Of a stretch of 64,000 nt of DNA, positions 30,673 to 40,344 are shown piece after piece (the first letter of the stretch is position 1; each line of letters opens with the position of its first letter). Position numbers and translations under genes: made by a program. Where the stretch lies: positions 18,755 through 82,754 of the forward strand of contig CAYQYU010000002.1 of assembly GCA_964421955.1 (NCBI GenBank), written 5' to 3'. The DNA is from an uncultured archaeon. GTDB lineage: Archaea; Nanohalarchaeota; Nanosalinia; Nanosalinales; Nanosalinaceae. A model generated the notes under the pieces. The model had not been told where the DNA came from. It saw nothing but the letters and a program-made list of their open reading frames with translations, and made no database searches.

Positions 30673-30864
30673 CTAACTGTCCCTTCGCCTCCGCCTTTCG
30701 GCGGTAACTAGCAGGAGTATTCCGATAAACATAATCGTCAGTCCTGGCGTTTCCAGCACAGCCATTTCTGGTTCAACCCTGCTGAGATAGTATAATACTA
30801 CACCCGGTAGAAGAACTACAATACCAAAGATATCGATTTTGTTATATTCCAGACCAAGATTCAA
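30673..30864 (-). CDS. Small two-TM protein
   Basis: Two hydrophobic helices; basic C-tail. Confidence 0.65.
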   Translation of the reverse strand: MNLGLEYNKIDIFGIVVLLPGVVLYYLSRVEPEMAVLETPGLTIMFIGILLLVTAERRRRRDS

Positions 30865-31049
30865 CCAGAACCACCCCTGTCTCTAGAAGCTATCCATAAG
30901 AGAATTCCTGTCCAAGCCAAAATATTTCCAATAACAAAACCAAGACCAGGAAGATTGAGGAACTGGAACAGAAAATAGATAGCTAAGCCTACAATTACAA
31001 AAATCCATCCTAGATCTCTCTTGTTTCCCAGAAGATCCCGTATATCCAT
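30861..31049 (-). CDS. Small two-TM protein, likely paralog of 30673-30864
   Basis: Same size and topology; GILL motif; overlapping stop/start. Confidence 0.65.
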   Translation of the reverse strand: MDIRDLLGNKRDLGWIFVIVGLAIYFLFQFLNLPGLGFVIGNILAWTGILLWIASRDRGGSG

Positions 31050-31205
31050 ACGAATAATGCTTGAACCTTAGTTTATAAGCTTAAATCAGATCTGTCGCCG
31101 GAAACACTATTTAAACCGTCTATGAACAAGATTTCCGATAGAATCGGAAGTATCATCGAAGACAGGTCTTCTCGGAATCCTCTCTATAAGAATCCCTGAA
31201 AGGAA

Positions 31206-31382
31206 TGGGGTCGGAGGGATTTGAACCCGCAACCTACCGCTAGCTCCTGCGCTAATTTTTAATCATCAGAGTCAGGTGACTCCTCATCCCTCCAAAGTTG
31301 GTTGCCCCGCAACCGTCACTTGCGTTTGCGTAGCGTAACACGCACTGGAGGCGGTCGCTCTGCCGAGTTGAGCTACGACCCC
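31206..31382 (-). tRNA. tRNA-Trp(CCA) with 103-nt intron at 37/38 (31242-31344)
   Basis: GGGGTCG/CGACCCC acceptor stem, ACCGC-CTCCAG|A-GCGGT anticodon arm, GTTCAAATC T-loop. Confidence 0.93.
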
Positions 31383-31435
31383 TTTGTCAGTGTAAAAAAA
31401 CTCCTTGGTCAGCTTTAAATTACTTCCAACTCGGC

Positions 31436-31735
31436 TCAGGTGAACGAGAGCATCGCTGAGGTGTAGGCAGAGAACAGTACTACAAGCAGCAGCGAGGTCA
31501 CCGCTATTAGGTCGAGGAACCTTTTCCAGTCGTCCTCCAGGCTCTCGGCCAGTGCCGCCGACACGAAAGTTATTGCCGACAGAACTGCGAGCCCGAAAAG
31601 TGTTCCCGAGACAGCTGATGATGTGGTGAAGGAAAGCCCGGCGAGAAATATAAGGCCGTAAAACAGGGGTTTCGAGACCTCTATCAGTCTCGAGTTATCA
31701 AGGCCGAATCCACCGGATTTATCGCTGGAAGCCAT
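31436..31735 (-). CDS. Small membrane protein
   Basis: Three TM helices. Confidence 0.65.
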   Translation of the reverse strand: MASSDKSGGFGLDNSRLIEVSKPLFYGLIFLAGLSFTTSSAVSGTLFGLAVLSAITFVSAALAESLEDDWKRFLDLIAVTSLLLVVLFSAYTSAMLSFT

Positions 31736-31817
31736 ATCCTTTCACCCTTGATAATTTTTCCAGCTGGTATTTAAAACAGCCACCAGTATTTGAAACTCTT
31801 CGTGACTATACCAGTGT

Positions 31818-32777
31818 ATGATCCGGGAGAGGGACGGCATCCACATCGACGCGGGAGAGAAAATAGTTGCGGACAGCAGAAGCTCCACGGGCGACATAAA
31901 CCTGGTCAGCCACGCCCACTTCGACCATATCCACCAGGGTGATGCCACTGTACTCTGCTCGGAACTGACCGCGTCACTTACGTCGGCGAGAACGGGAAAC
32001 GATGTCGACTACATCGACAGCCACGACAACATAGAACTTCTTCCATCAGGACACATACTGGGCTCAAGGGCAGCCCTGATAGAAGGGGATGAAACCGTGC
32101 TCTACACGGGCGATGTATCTACCCGCGACAGATTATACATGGACGGCTTCAAACCCGTCAACGCGGACATTCTGGTCGTCGAATCGACCTACGGGATTCC
32201 TGCTTACGAGTTTCCGACACAGGAGAAGATCAAGAAAGACATCAAGAGCTGGATTGAAACCAGGGATCAACCGATACTTGCTTTCGGCTACTCGCTTGGA
32301 AGAGCACAAAAACTCCAGCATCTGCTCCAGGAGATAACTTGCCGGCCAATACTTGTCCACCAGAAGATTGAGGAGATGAACAACGCGGTCGAAGAAGCCA
32401 CTGATCTTGAATTCCGCGCAAAAGCTTTCACTGAGAACAGTGAGGAACTTGAGAACGGCATTCTGGTCGCGCCCTCCAGTCTCTCAAGGAGCGACTGGGC
32501 TGACAGAATTGTGAAGGAGCATGATGCGGTAAAAGCTGGTTTCTCGGGCTGGGCTGTAAAAGACTCTTTCAGGTACCGGGGAGACTATGACAGGACATTC
32601 CCGATGTCAGATCACTGCGGCTTTGAAGAGCTCGTGTCACTGGTCAGGGAGGTTGACCCGGAAAAAGTGTATACGCACCACGGATTTGACGAAGCCTTCG
32701 CATCTTACCTGAAGAAAGAAGAAGGCTACAACGCCCGCGCCTTGAAGAACAACCAGTCGTCGCTGACCGAGTTCTAG
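31818..32777 (+). CDS. MBL/beta-CASP nuclease
   Basis: SHAHFDH, GHILGS, YTGD, ESTYG, LGRAQ, SDH, HG. Confidence 0.92.
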   Translation: MIRERDGIHIDAGEKIVADSRSSTGDINLVSHAHFDHIHQGDATVLCSELTASLTSARTGNDVDYIDSHDNIELLPSGHILGSRAALIEGDETVLYTGDVSTRDRLYMDGFKPVNADILVVESTYGIPAYEFPTQEKIKKDIKSWIETRDQPILAFGYSLGRAQKLQHLLQEITCRPILVHQKIEEMNNAVEEATDLEFRAKAFTENSEELENGILVAPSSLSRSDWADRIVKEHDAVKAGFSGWAVKDSFRYRGDYDRTFPMSDHCGFEELVSLVREVDPEKVYTHHGFDEAFASYLKKEEGYNARALKNNQSSLTEF

Positions 32778-33200
32778 CTACCGGAAGAACAGCCTGTCGA
32801 GCGCAGCATCCACGAACTTCTGCTGCTTTGAACGGAAAAGTGGCTGGATGTCCTCTATGCAGCGCCTTCCCGTCGAGGTCAGCTGGGCGCCAAAGTCTTT
32901 CCTCGACGTTCTTATCACGTCCACCTTCTTCTCGAGTTCGGCCGAGATATGCCTATTTTGTTCCTTGCCGTGGCTGTCAAAGTCAGTGAGCACCGCCACC
33001 TTTTCCGCGCCACGGGAAACGTCCTCTACCAGGTCTTCCACGGTTCTCTCCGCGGACAGGAATATTTTACCCGAGAAGCCGAGCTTCTGCATGACTGTCT
33101 TGTCGCTGAAGCCTTCAACCACAACAGAGTCGACGTCCCGGTCGAGCTTTTCCACCTCTTTCTCGAGTTTCTTTTTCTCCTCGAACCTGGTCCGGTCCAT
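32778..33200 (-). CDS. Small TOPRIM-domain protein (RNase M5-like)
   Basis: VVVEGFSD and LTDFDSHG. Confidence 0.88.
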   Translation of the reverse strand: MDRTRFEEKKKLEKEVEKLDRDVDSVVVEGFSDKTVMQKLGFSGKIFLSAERTVEDLVEDVSRGAEKVAVLTDFDSHGKEQNRHISAELEKKVDVIRTSRKDFGAQLTSTGRRCIEDIQPLFRSKQQKFVDAALDRLFFR

Positions 33201-33234
33201 AAGTTGGATAACTCTTGAAAACTTAAATTATTCC

Positions 33235-33834
33235 ATGAAATCAAACGACCAGCTGGTCGACAGCCTGAAGCATCAGGGCCACATAGAGGCAGAAAGGGTT
33301 GAAAAAGCGTTCAGGAATGTCGACAGGAAAGACTTTGTTCCCGAGGGGAAAAAGAGGTACGCATACAGCGATCAGCCGCTTCCAATAGGTCATGATGTGA
33401 CAATATCTGCGCCACACATGGTTGCGATCAATACCGGGCTACTCGACATCCAGCCTGGAGATTCTGTGCTTGAAATCGGCTCAGGCTCCGGTTACCAGCT
33501 CGCGATACTCGCGGAGCTGACCCGCGAAGAAGTGACCGGTGTCGAGCGCATCAGGGATCTCGTTGAAAAGTCGAGAGAGGTGCTCAAAGAATGGGACAAT
33601 GTGGAGGTCATCCACGGAAACGGCCTTGAAGCAATTGACGGGAAATTTGACCGCATCCTGTTCTCGTGCGGTGTGAAGTCACTCGAGCCCGCGAAGGAAT
33701 TTCTTGCAGAGGACGGTGTTCTCGTGGCGCCGGTGGAGGACAATCTCGGCCAGGTATTGACCCGGTACAGGAATGGAAAAGAGGAGAGGCATTCACGGGT
33801 AAGATTTGTTGATTACCAGGACGAGCCGATCTAG
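33235..33834 (+). CDS. pcm: Protein-L-isoaspartate O-methyltransferase
   Basis: AYSDQPLPIG..TISAPHMVA, LEIGSGSGY; ATG 33235. Confidence 0.93.
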   Translation: MKSNDQLVDSLKHQGHIEAERVEKAFRNVDRKDFVPEGKKRYAYSDQPLPIGHDVTISAPHMVAINTGLLDIQPGDSVLEIGSGSGYQLAILAELTREEVTGVERIRDLVEKSREVLKEWDNVEVIHGNGLEAIDGKFDRILFSCGVKSLEPAKEFLAEDGVLVAPVEDNLGQVLTRYRNGKEERHSRVRFVDYQDEPI

Positions 33835-35063
33835 ACAGTCTTGCTCACTTTCTTGCCGAGGACAGGATTCACCGCGGACTGGTATAGACTTCTTACAGAC
33901 TCCTGGAAAGCACCAAGCGACTCCTTCCTGTCACCGTAATCAACCTCGAGTTCAGGGGTAACCTCTATCTCCATCCTCAGCCTGTTTGAATGCATCTCCC
34001 CTAGTTCGCGGGAGTTCAGGAACCTGTCTCTCAGGCGGGAGGCCGCCTTCTCTGGAAGAATCACCTCGACCCTGTGTTGAACATCGTTCTTCGATTCGAC
34101 CCGGGCCCGGAAACCTATGTCGCTTTCAGCAACCACTTCCGTGTAGCTGTCGCCGAACTGTCGAGCGGTCTTTATCTTGGGTGTGAACAGCGAGAGTATG
34201 TGATCCGGCGAGACTATTCCCGCGGTCTCCATCACCTCTCTTTCAACTTCCTCCGGCTGGAGAAGGTAGGATGATTCCCTTGACCCAAAGGTATTTATCG
34301 CGGAATAGTAGACAGTCTTCTCCTGGTTACCCAGTCTCTCCTTGACCTCGTCAACCTTTTCCCCGACCTCGTCCACAGCATCGATTGAGTACGGAATATC
34401 AAACAGGAAGACCTGGTCCCGCTCACGGTGACGCAGGACAGCATCCACCGGGATTCTGTAATCGTACGAGCTTAACGGTGGCTTCTCAAGCTCCAGACCC
34501 ACAAACTCTGTTTCGAGCTTCTCAAGCACCTCCAGCCCCTCATCAAGCCGGTTCTCGAACGGCTTCAGGCTCCTGAAGAGCAGCCGGGCCTGGCTCTGCG
34601 ATAACTGGCGGCGCTCCATCATCTTGGAAACGTCCCGGACCAACTTGTCCTGGTCGGTGTATATCAATTCTTTCTGCAGGAACTGGTGGAAAGCCGAGAA
34701 CCTCACCTGCTCAAAGCCTTCCGGGGAGATGTCACCTGACTCAGTGACAAAAATTCCCCGGGTAGTGTGCTCCGCGAGCTCGGAAAGCTCAAGGCCGACA
34801 TCAATCGGGTTGGTCTCGATCATATCGAGGTACTTCCTCATTCTCTTCCTGTCGTCTTCACCAACTTCTGGCTTCTTCTTCGCATCGACAATCCAGATCT
34901 CCTTCTTGTCCTCGCGAGTAACTCGCGCAAAACAGTCTGGCCTGGAATCGCTGAGGCTCCCTATGCGTTCAAAGAAATCGAAGTAGCCCTCGTACTGTCT
35001 CATTACATCAAGCACGTCACGCTGGAACACTTCCCAGCCTCCATCTTCTGTGTCGGAGCTCAT
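33831..35063 (-). CDS. PD-(D/E)XK nuclease-like protein
   Basis: N-terminal FQ...RPD...IVDAK motif. Confidence 0.6.
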   Translation of the reverse strand: MSSDTEDGGWEVFQRDVLDVMRQYEGYFDFFERIGSLSDSRPDCFARVTREDKKEIWIVDAKKKPEVGEDDRKRMRKYLDMIETNPIDVGLELSELAEHTTRGIFVTESGDISPEGFEQVRFSAFHQFLQKELIYTDQDKLVRDVSKMMERRQLSQSQARLLFRSLKPFENRLDEGLEVLEKLETEFVGLELEKPPLSSYDYRIPVDAVLRHRERDQVFLFDIPYSIDAVDEVGEKVDEVKERLGNQEKTVYYSAINTFGSRESSYLLQPEEVEREVMETAGIVSPDHILSLFTPKIKTARQFGDSYTEVVAESDIGFRARVESKNDVQHRVEVILPEKAASRLRDRFLNSRELGEMHSNRLRMEIEVTPELEVDYGDRKESLGAFQESVRSLYQSAVNPVLGKKVSKTV

Positions 35064-35969
35064 TTACTCAATTACCTCGTAGTCGTCTATTTCTCCGTCC
35101 CCGTCTATGTCAAGTCCCCTTACAATCCTGTAAAAATTCCCTGACCGGTAGTCTTCAACTATGTCCTCCAGGTTTTTGAATGCTCTCACTGCTGCCTCAG
35201 TCCCCCTGTTTCTTACGCCCGCGACAAGGTAGATCGCGCTACCAGTGTCCTCGGGATTCTGAACCTTTGCGACCACACCTATAGAATCCTCGCTGTAGTT
35301 TTCGTCCGCGGACTGCAACTCGTGGTAAGGGAATGAGTCGAGCGAGAAGCTCACGGGAAAAGCATCGTTGAACTTCTTCGCGATAGTGTTTGTGAGGACG
35401 CCGCCCAGGATCACAAGGTTGTCGTCGAACGCCCCCTCCCTCACAACTTCCGTGTCGAGCCAGACCTCTATTTCCCCCGGATCTCCGTAGCCACCGAGCC
35501 TCAGCCCGATCTCTCCCGCGAGATGGCCGTCCCGGGCACGTACCTGGTCCTCACCATGCTGTTCCGGTGAACCGACAACTATCTTTCCATCTATTTCTCC
35601 TGAAATCACGAGCGGGTCAAGAAACTTTTCTACCTCTGCATTCATCTCTGGCATGAAGAACTCTTCTCCACCCGTCCCGAGGTCGAGAACGTATGCATCT
35701 GCTGACGGTCGGTAATAGGTCGCGGTGCCGCCGGACTTCTTCTCTTCACGATCCTTCTCAATCAGTCCCGCATCCTTCAGCTTCTTGAAGTGGTAGTGTG
35801 CCTGCTGTTTCCCGATACCGAGTTCTGAGGCGACCCTGGAAGAGTATGAAGGTTCCCTGGCAAGCAGTTCCAGTATCTCCCTCCGGTTCTCGTCCGCGAT
35901 AGCATCGATCTTTTCCGGGTCAAGATCTTCGGAGTCCACTATGCTGTCTTTCCTGATAATCCTGGCCAT
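35064..35969 (-). CDS. ArsR-type HTH regulator with C-terminal S-layer-like domain
   Basis: ENRREILELL..HYHFKKLKDAGLI; NLVILGG..TN and LVAG...GTEAAV. Confidence 0.85.
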   Translation of the reverse strand: MARIIRKDSIVDSEDLDPEKIDAIADENRREILELLAREPSYSSRVASELGIGKQQAHYHFKKLKDAGLIEKDREEKKSGGTATYYRPSADAYVLDLGTGGEEFFMPEMNAEVEKFLDPLVISGEIDGKIVVGSPEQHGEDQVRARDGHLAGEIGLRLGGYGDPGEIEVWLDTEVVREGAFDDNLVILGGVLTNTIAKKFNDAFPVSFSLDSFPYHELQSADENYSEDSIGVVAKVQNPEDTGSAIYLVAGVRNRGTEAAVRAFKNLEDIVEDYRSGNFYRIVRGLDIDGDGEIDDYEVIE

Positions 35970-35986
35970 TACACAAATGTTTTAGC

Positions 35987-36085
35987 CGGTAATATATATT
36001 TTTTACCACTCCAAGTCCTCTTTAAATAGTCTGGCCCGTTAGCTTAAAGAGCCCCCTTATACCGGTTAAAGAGGCCTGATACCGG
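35987..36085. promoter_or_regulatory. Repeats in the divergent regulator/glmS promoter
   Basis: GGTAA-N-TTACC inverted repeat; direct repeats TTAAAGAGCCCCCTTATACCGG (36044-36065) and TTAAAGAGGCCTGATACCGG (36066-36085). Confidence 0.45.
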
Positions 36086-36123
36086 CCTTTTTATAATATA
36101 CAGTGGTTATTAATCCTGTAGCT

Positions 36124-37851
36124 ATGTGTGGTATAGTCGGCTGTCGCGGGGACATGGATGTATTCGAGGAGATATTTGAGGGTCTGAAGAAGCTTGAATA
36201 CCGGGGCTACGACTCCGCAGGCATCGCGACCGTTGGAAATCCATCTATAAAGGTCGCGAAAGGGGTCGGCACAATAGCAGAGATCCTTGAAGACGAGCTC
36301 GACGGCAAAGTGGGCATAGGCCACACCAGGTGGGCGACACACGGATCGGTAAATACCGAGAACGCCCATCCACACCTTGACTGTGAGGAGGAAGTGGCAG
36401 TGGTTCACAACGGCATAATAGACAACCACAAGCAGCTCAAGCAGGAGCTTGAAGACCACAATTTTGAGTCAGATACTGACACCGAGGTAATACCGCACCT
36501 TTTCGAGGAGGAGCTTGAATCAGGAAGCTCGATGCGGGAGGCCGCGGAAAATGTAATGGAGAAGCTAGAAGGCTCATTTGCGATACTTGCAACCTCAAAG
36601 GACGGCGAGATGGTCGCGATGAAGCAGAGCTCGCCGCTGGTGCTCGGACTCGCCGACGACGGAATATTTGTCGCGTCGGACGTGACACCTTTCCTGGAGC
36701 ACACTGACCGTGCCGTGTTCCTCGAAGACCGGGATATCGCGGTTCTTGACGGGGACTACACGATCTACAATTCTGGAGAGGAGGTTGAAAGAGACGTGAA
36801 GGAGATCGACTGGGACGCCCAGGAAGCATCAAAGTCGGGATACGATCACTTCATGCAGAAGGAGATCTATGAGCAGTCCACGACCGTGAAGAGAGCGGCC
36901 TTCCAGGACCGGTCAGATCTTGAAAAGGCCGCGAAAATGATTGAAGACGCGGAAAACGTATACTTTACCGCCTGTGGGACTGCGGGAATTGCAGCCTCTC
37001 TCGGCGCAAAGTATCTGAGAGAAGCGGGCATAAAACCCGAGATGGAGCTCTCCCACGAGCTCGAGTACAGGACCGATGAAATAGGGGAGAACGATCTCGT
37101 GATAGCGGTGAGCCAGAGTGGCGAGACCGCGGATCTTCTCTCGGTACTGAACCAGGTCGAGGCGGATGTGCTTGCGGTCGTCAACGTTGTTGGCTCCACG
37201 CTTGCTAGAAAGGCTGAACACAGGATATATGTTAACGCTGGCCCGGAGATCGGTGTCGCGTCTACAAAGGCCTTCACCGGCCAGATCGCGGTGCTGAAAC
37301 TCCTGAAGTACGCAATAGAGGGAGAAATAGAGGAAGGCAGGAACTCCCTCCTCGGGACTGCGGGCAAAATTGAGGATGTAATCCAGGACAATGAGGAGAC
37401 TATCGAGGAGCTCAGCGACTATCTCTCGGAGAAGGAGAACGCCTACTTCATCGGTAGAAACCGTGGCCATGAAATGGCGCAGGAGGCCGCGCTAAAACTG
37501 AAGGAACTCTCCTACATACATGCGGAGGCCTTCAGGGGAGGCGAGTTCAAGCACGGGACTCTTGCACTCGTGGAAGAGGAAACTCCTGTTATCAGCTTCC
37601 TGAAGGAAGAAGGCTACGAGGACATCCTGTCGAACACAGCAGAGGCGAAAGGCAGGGGTGCGGACATAATAGCCGTGGGAAATGAACTGCCAGAGAGCGG
37701 CTTCGAGTTCGACATCGAGATTCCGGAGGATGACAACCCCGAGATCCTGGAGATCATTCCTTTCCAGATGCTGGCTTACAGGACCGCGATAAAGCGGGGC
37801 AACAACCCTGACCGACCGAGAAATCTTGCGAAAAGTATAACGGTAAAGTAA
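36124..37851 (+). CDS. glmS: Glutamine--fructose-6-phosphate transaminase
   Basis: MCGI, LEYRGYDSAG, GHTRWATHG, SQSGET, PRNLAKSITV. Confidence 0.98.
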   Translation: MCGIVGCRGDMDVFEEIFEGLKKLEYRGYDSAGIATVGNPSIKVAKGVGTIAEILEDELDGKVGIGHTRWATHGSVNTENAHPHLDCEEEVAVVHNGIIDNHKQLKQELEDHNFESDTDTEVIPHLFEEELESGSSMREAAENVMEKLEGSFAILATSKDGEMVAMKQSSPLVLGLADDGIFVASDVTPFLEHTDRAVFLEDRDIAVLDGDYTIYNSGEEVERDVKEIDWDAQEASKSGYDHFMQKEIYEQSTTVKRAAFQDRSDLEKAAKMIEDAENVYFTACGTAGIAASLGAKYLREAGIKPEMELSHELEYRTDEIGENDLVIAVSQSGETADLLSVLNQVEADVLAVVNVVGSTLARKAEHRIYVNAGPEIGVASTKAFTGQIAVLKLLKYAIEGEIEEGRNSLLGTAGKIEDVIQDNEETIEELSDYLSEKENAYFIGRNRGHEMAQEAALKLKELSYIHAEAFRGGEFKHGTLALVEEETPVISFLKEEGYEDILSNTAEAKGRGADIIAVGNELPESGFEFDIEIPEDDNPEILEIIPFQMLAYRTAIKRGNNPDRPRNLAKSITVK

Positions 37852-37906
37852 AATTTCAAGCGAAGACCGTAACTGTTCTTAAGCTTCGTCCCCAATCCCG
37901 ATATTT

Positions 37907-38347
37907 ATGGAAAGGCTTTCAATTCTGCTGGCATCGTTGCTTCTTCTGGTGTCGGCAGCCTCCGCGACGAGCATCATTCCTCCAGATGAGCTAGTGAACC
38001 TGACTGAGGACAACACCGACAAACTGAAGAGTTCTTACAACGAGAACATGGACCAGATACCAGGAATCGCAAAGAAGCTCATAGGCGACCAGAGAATAAA
38101 CCTTTACCTTGAGAACCAGAGCCTCCGGGCTGAAATGGATCAGGCAAGGATAGAGACGCTAGAGAAGGATAAATGGGAGGAGCCTTCACTGGAGATATGG
38201 ATGGACACGAAAGACGCAACAGAGATACTTGAATCTGAAGAACCGGGCAAAGAGCTGCAACAGAAGCTGAAAAGCGATGACATTCGGTACCAGGAACACG
38301 GGATTGTCAACCGGCTGAAATTTGCCGTGATCGGACTGTTTATCTAG
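37907..38347 (+). CDS. Secreted hypothetical protein (SCP2-like fold possible)
   Basis: Signal peptide; acidic mature part. Confidence 0.7.
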   Translation: MERLSILLASLLLLVSAASATSIIPPDELVNLTEDNTDKLKSSYNENMDQIPGIAKKLIGDQRINLYLENQSLRAEMDQARIETLEKDKWEEPSLEIWMDTKDATEILESEEPGKELQQKLKSDDIRYQEHGIVNRLKFAVIGLFI

Positions 38348-39036
38348 TCCAGGACCACTGGCTCCGAGCCGGTTTTCTCCCGGACATCTCTCTCGAACTT
38401 TTCAGTATCCGCAGTAGTTTCATCGATGAAGCCATAGTGTATCGGCACCGCTTTCTCCGGCTGAATCTTTTTGATAGCTTCTATTGCCTCCTCCTGGTCC
38501 ATTGTGTAGTGACCTCCTACCGGGAGGAATGCGACATCAATATTCTCTCCGGAAAGTGCTTCCATCTCGTCTATAGGATCGGTGTCCGAGGCATGGTAAA
38601 ACTTGAGACCATCCATCTTGAAAATGACGCCGACGCAGAATCCCTCGGGATGGAAGGGTTCTCCGGGGAAGCGGAACTTGTCAACGTTATAAGCGGGCAC
38701 TCCCCGAATCCTCATCCCGTGCGCCTTGACCGATCTACCTGGCTCGATAACTTTATACTCGATATCTTCCGGGACATCGTCCTCCGACTCTTCCGTGCAG
38801 ACTAGTACAGTATCACGTTTTTTCAGGGCCTGGATCGCCTTGACGTCAAAGTGGTCGAAGTGGTCGTGGGTCGATACTATGACATCCGCGTCCTCCATCT
38901 CCCGCAGTTCTTCATCACTTACAGGTTCGCTCCACGGGTCAACGTACAGAACGAATCCATCGGAGTCACGGAGTTTTATCGACGCGTGTTCGAGCCAGTC
39001 AACTTCAACGGTATCAAAAATGGTTGATCCTCTCAT
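38344..39036 (-). CDS. MBL-fold metallo-hydrolase
   Basis: THDHFDH, YHASDT, LPVGG.YTM, PIHY. Confidence 0.9.
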   Translation of the reverse strand: MRGSTIFDTVEVDWLEHASIKLRDSDGFVLYVDPWSEPVSDEELREMEDADVIVSTHDHFDHFDVKAIQALKKRDTVLVCTEESEDDVPEDIEYKVIEPGRSVKAHGMRIRGVPAYNVDKFRFPGEPFHPEGFCVGVIFKMDGLKFYHASDTDPIDEMEALSGENIDVAFLPVGGHYTMDQEEAIEAIKKIQPEKAVPIHYGFIDETTADTEKFERDVREKTGSEPVVLD

Positions 39037-39076
39037 AGATAGAACACCTGAGACCCAATTGACTCTCAAGGGATAT

Positions 39077-39718
39077 TTAGCTTTCGGACTCCAGTATCTC
39101 ACATCTTATGCTCCTGTCCTCGAGCTCGGCCTTCAGGGACTGGGGGTTCACACCTTCAAAAAAGGGCGGACCATAGTGGTACGGAACAACAACTTCCGGC
39201 CTGATCCTGACCGACATCTTTACCGCCTCTTTGAAGTCCATGGTGAAGACGCCATCAACAGGCAGGAAAGCGACATCGACACGGTTCTCGAGGTCGTCGA
39301 CCTCTTCGATCAACCCGGTGTCTCCAGCAATATAGAAGGCATTACCGTCCATAACTATCCGGTAGCCTAGGCCCTCGCCTTTGTCGTGGCTGTCGTTGTA
39401 CATAGGAACTGCCTCGATTTCAACGCCGTAGATGTCAACAACCTCTCCTTCCTCAATATACTCGACATCCATACAGGGAAGCTCCAGTCCATTCATCGAC
39501 TCCGGTACGACAAGACAGGTCCTGTCCTCGCACACCTTTTCAAGCATCTCCGGATCGAAATGGCCCTCATCCCGGTGCGTCACAAGCACGATGTCAGCCT
39601 CGAACTCCGGCGATACCTCGGAGTACGGGTCCGCGGCCACAGTAAAACCGTTGTCCACGAACCGGACCGATGAATGACCGTCCCAGTTTATCTCGATGCC
39701 GTTGTGGTCCATCTCCAT
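39077..39718 (-). CDS. MBL-fold hydrolase paralog with degenerate metal motif
   Basis: THRDEGH in place of HxHxDH; AGDT, LPVDG.FTM, PYHY. Confidence 0.88.
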   Translation of the reverse strand: MEMDHNGIEINWDGHSSVRFVDNGFTVAADPYSEVSPEFEADIVLVTHRDEGHFDPEMLEKVCEDRTCLVVPESMNGLELPCMDVEYIEEGEVVDIYGVEIEAVPMYNDSHDKGEGLGYRIVMDGNAFYIAGDTGLIEEVDDLENRVDVAFLPVDGVFTMDFKEAVKMSVRIRPEVVVPYHYGPPFFEGVNPQSLKAELEDRSIRCEILESES

Positions 39719-39814
39719 CTAAAAACGGGTTAACAGAAATTTTAAACAGTTCCCTTGCAAAGCGATTGTAATTAAAAAGTATTTCCAATCATACCCTTTT
39801 TAGGTATTCTTGAT

Positions 39815-39897
39815 GCGGGGGTAGCCAAGTGGTCAAAGGCGCAGGACTTAGGATCCTGTCCCATAGGGGTTCGCAAGTTCGAATCTTGTCCCCCGCA
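39815..39897 (+). tRNA. tRNA-Leu(TAG), no intron
   Basis: GCGGGGG/CCCCGC acceptor stem, CAGGA-CTTAGGA-TCCTG anticodon arm, long variable arm, GTTCGAATC. Confidence 0.95.
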
Positions 39898-40032
39898 CTA
39901 TTGACTCTTTCTTCGGTTCACGAATCCTCGGTTTATAAGGAGGATTCAAGACTATGCCGAATATGTCAGACGACATACACGACAAAGAACGAGAGTTAAA
40001 TCTCAACAACGAAACATTCAAAACCTCAGAAT

Positions 40033-40320
40033 ATGTCTCCGAGAGCTTTCGAGATGAAAATCCGGAAATACGCCTTAAAATCAGACCTCTACCCACAAGG
40101 AATCACACCAGACAACCTAACACAAGAAATACCATACGCAGAAAGAATAGTTCCTCACTCTCTGCGTCACACCTATGCCACACGACTATTACGGGCAGGA
40201 GAACCTATGGCAAAAGTCTCCCGACTACTAGGACACGAAAGCGTCAAAACCACAGTAGACATATACGGACACCTAAACATAGAAGACCTGAGAGAAACCG
40301 CAGAGAAGGTGAACCTTTAA
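40033..40320 (+). pseudogene. Tyrosine recombinase C-terminal fragment
   Basis: PHSLRHTYAT, LLGH, DIYGH (HxxR, H, Y); N-terminal part with the first Arg is absent. Confidence 0.85.
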
Positions 40321-40344
40321 AGAAAAATACGATAAGTTTCTCTT

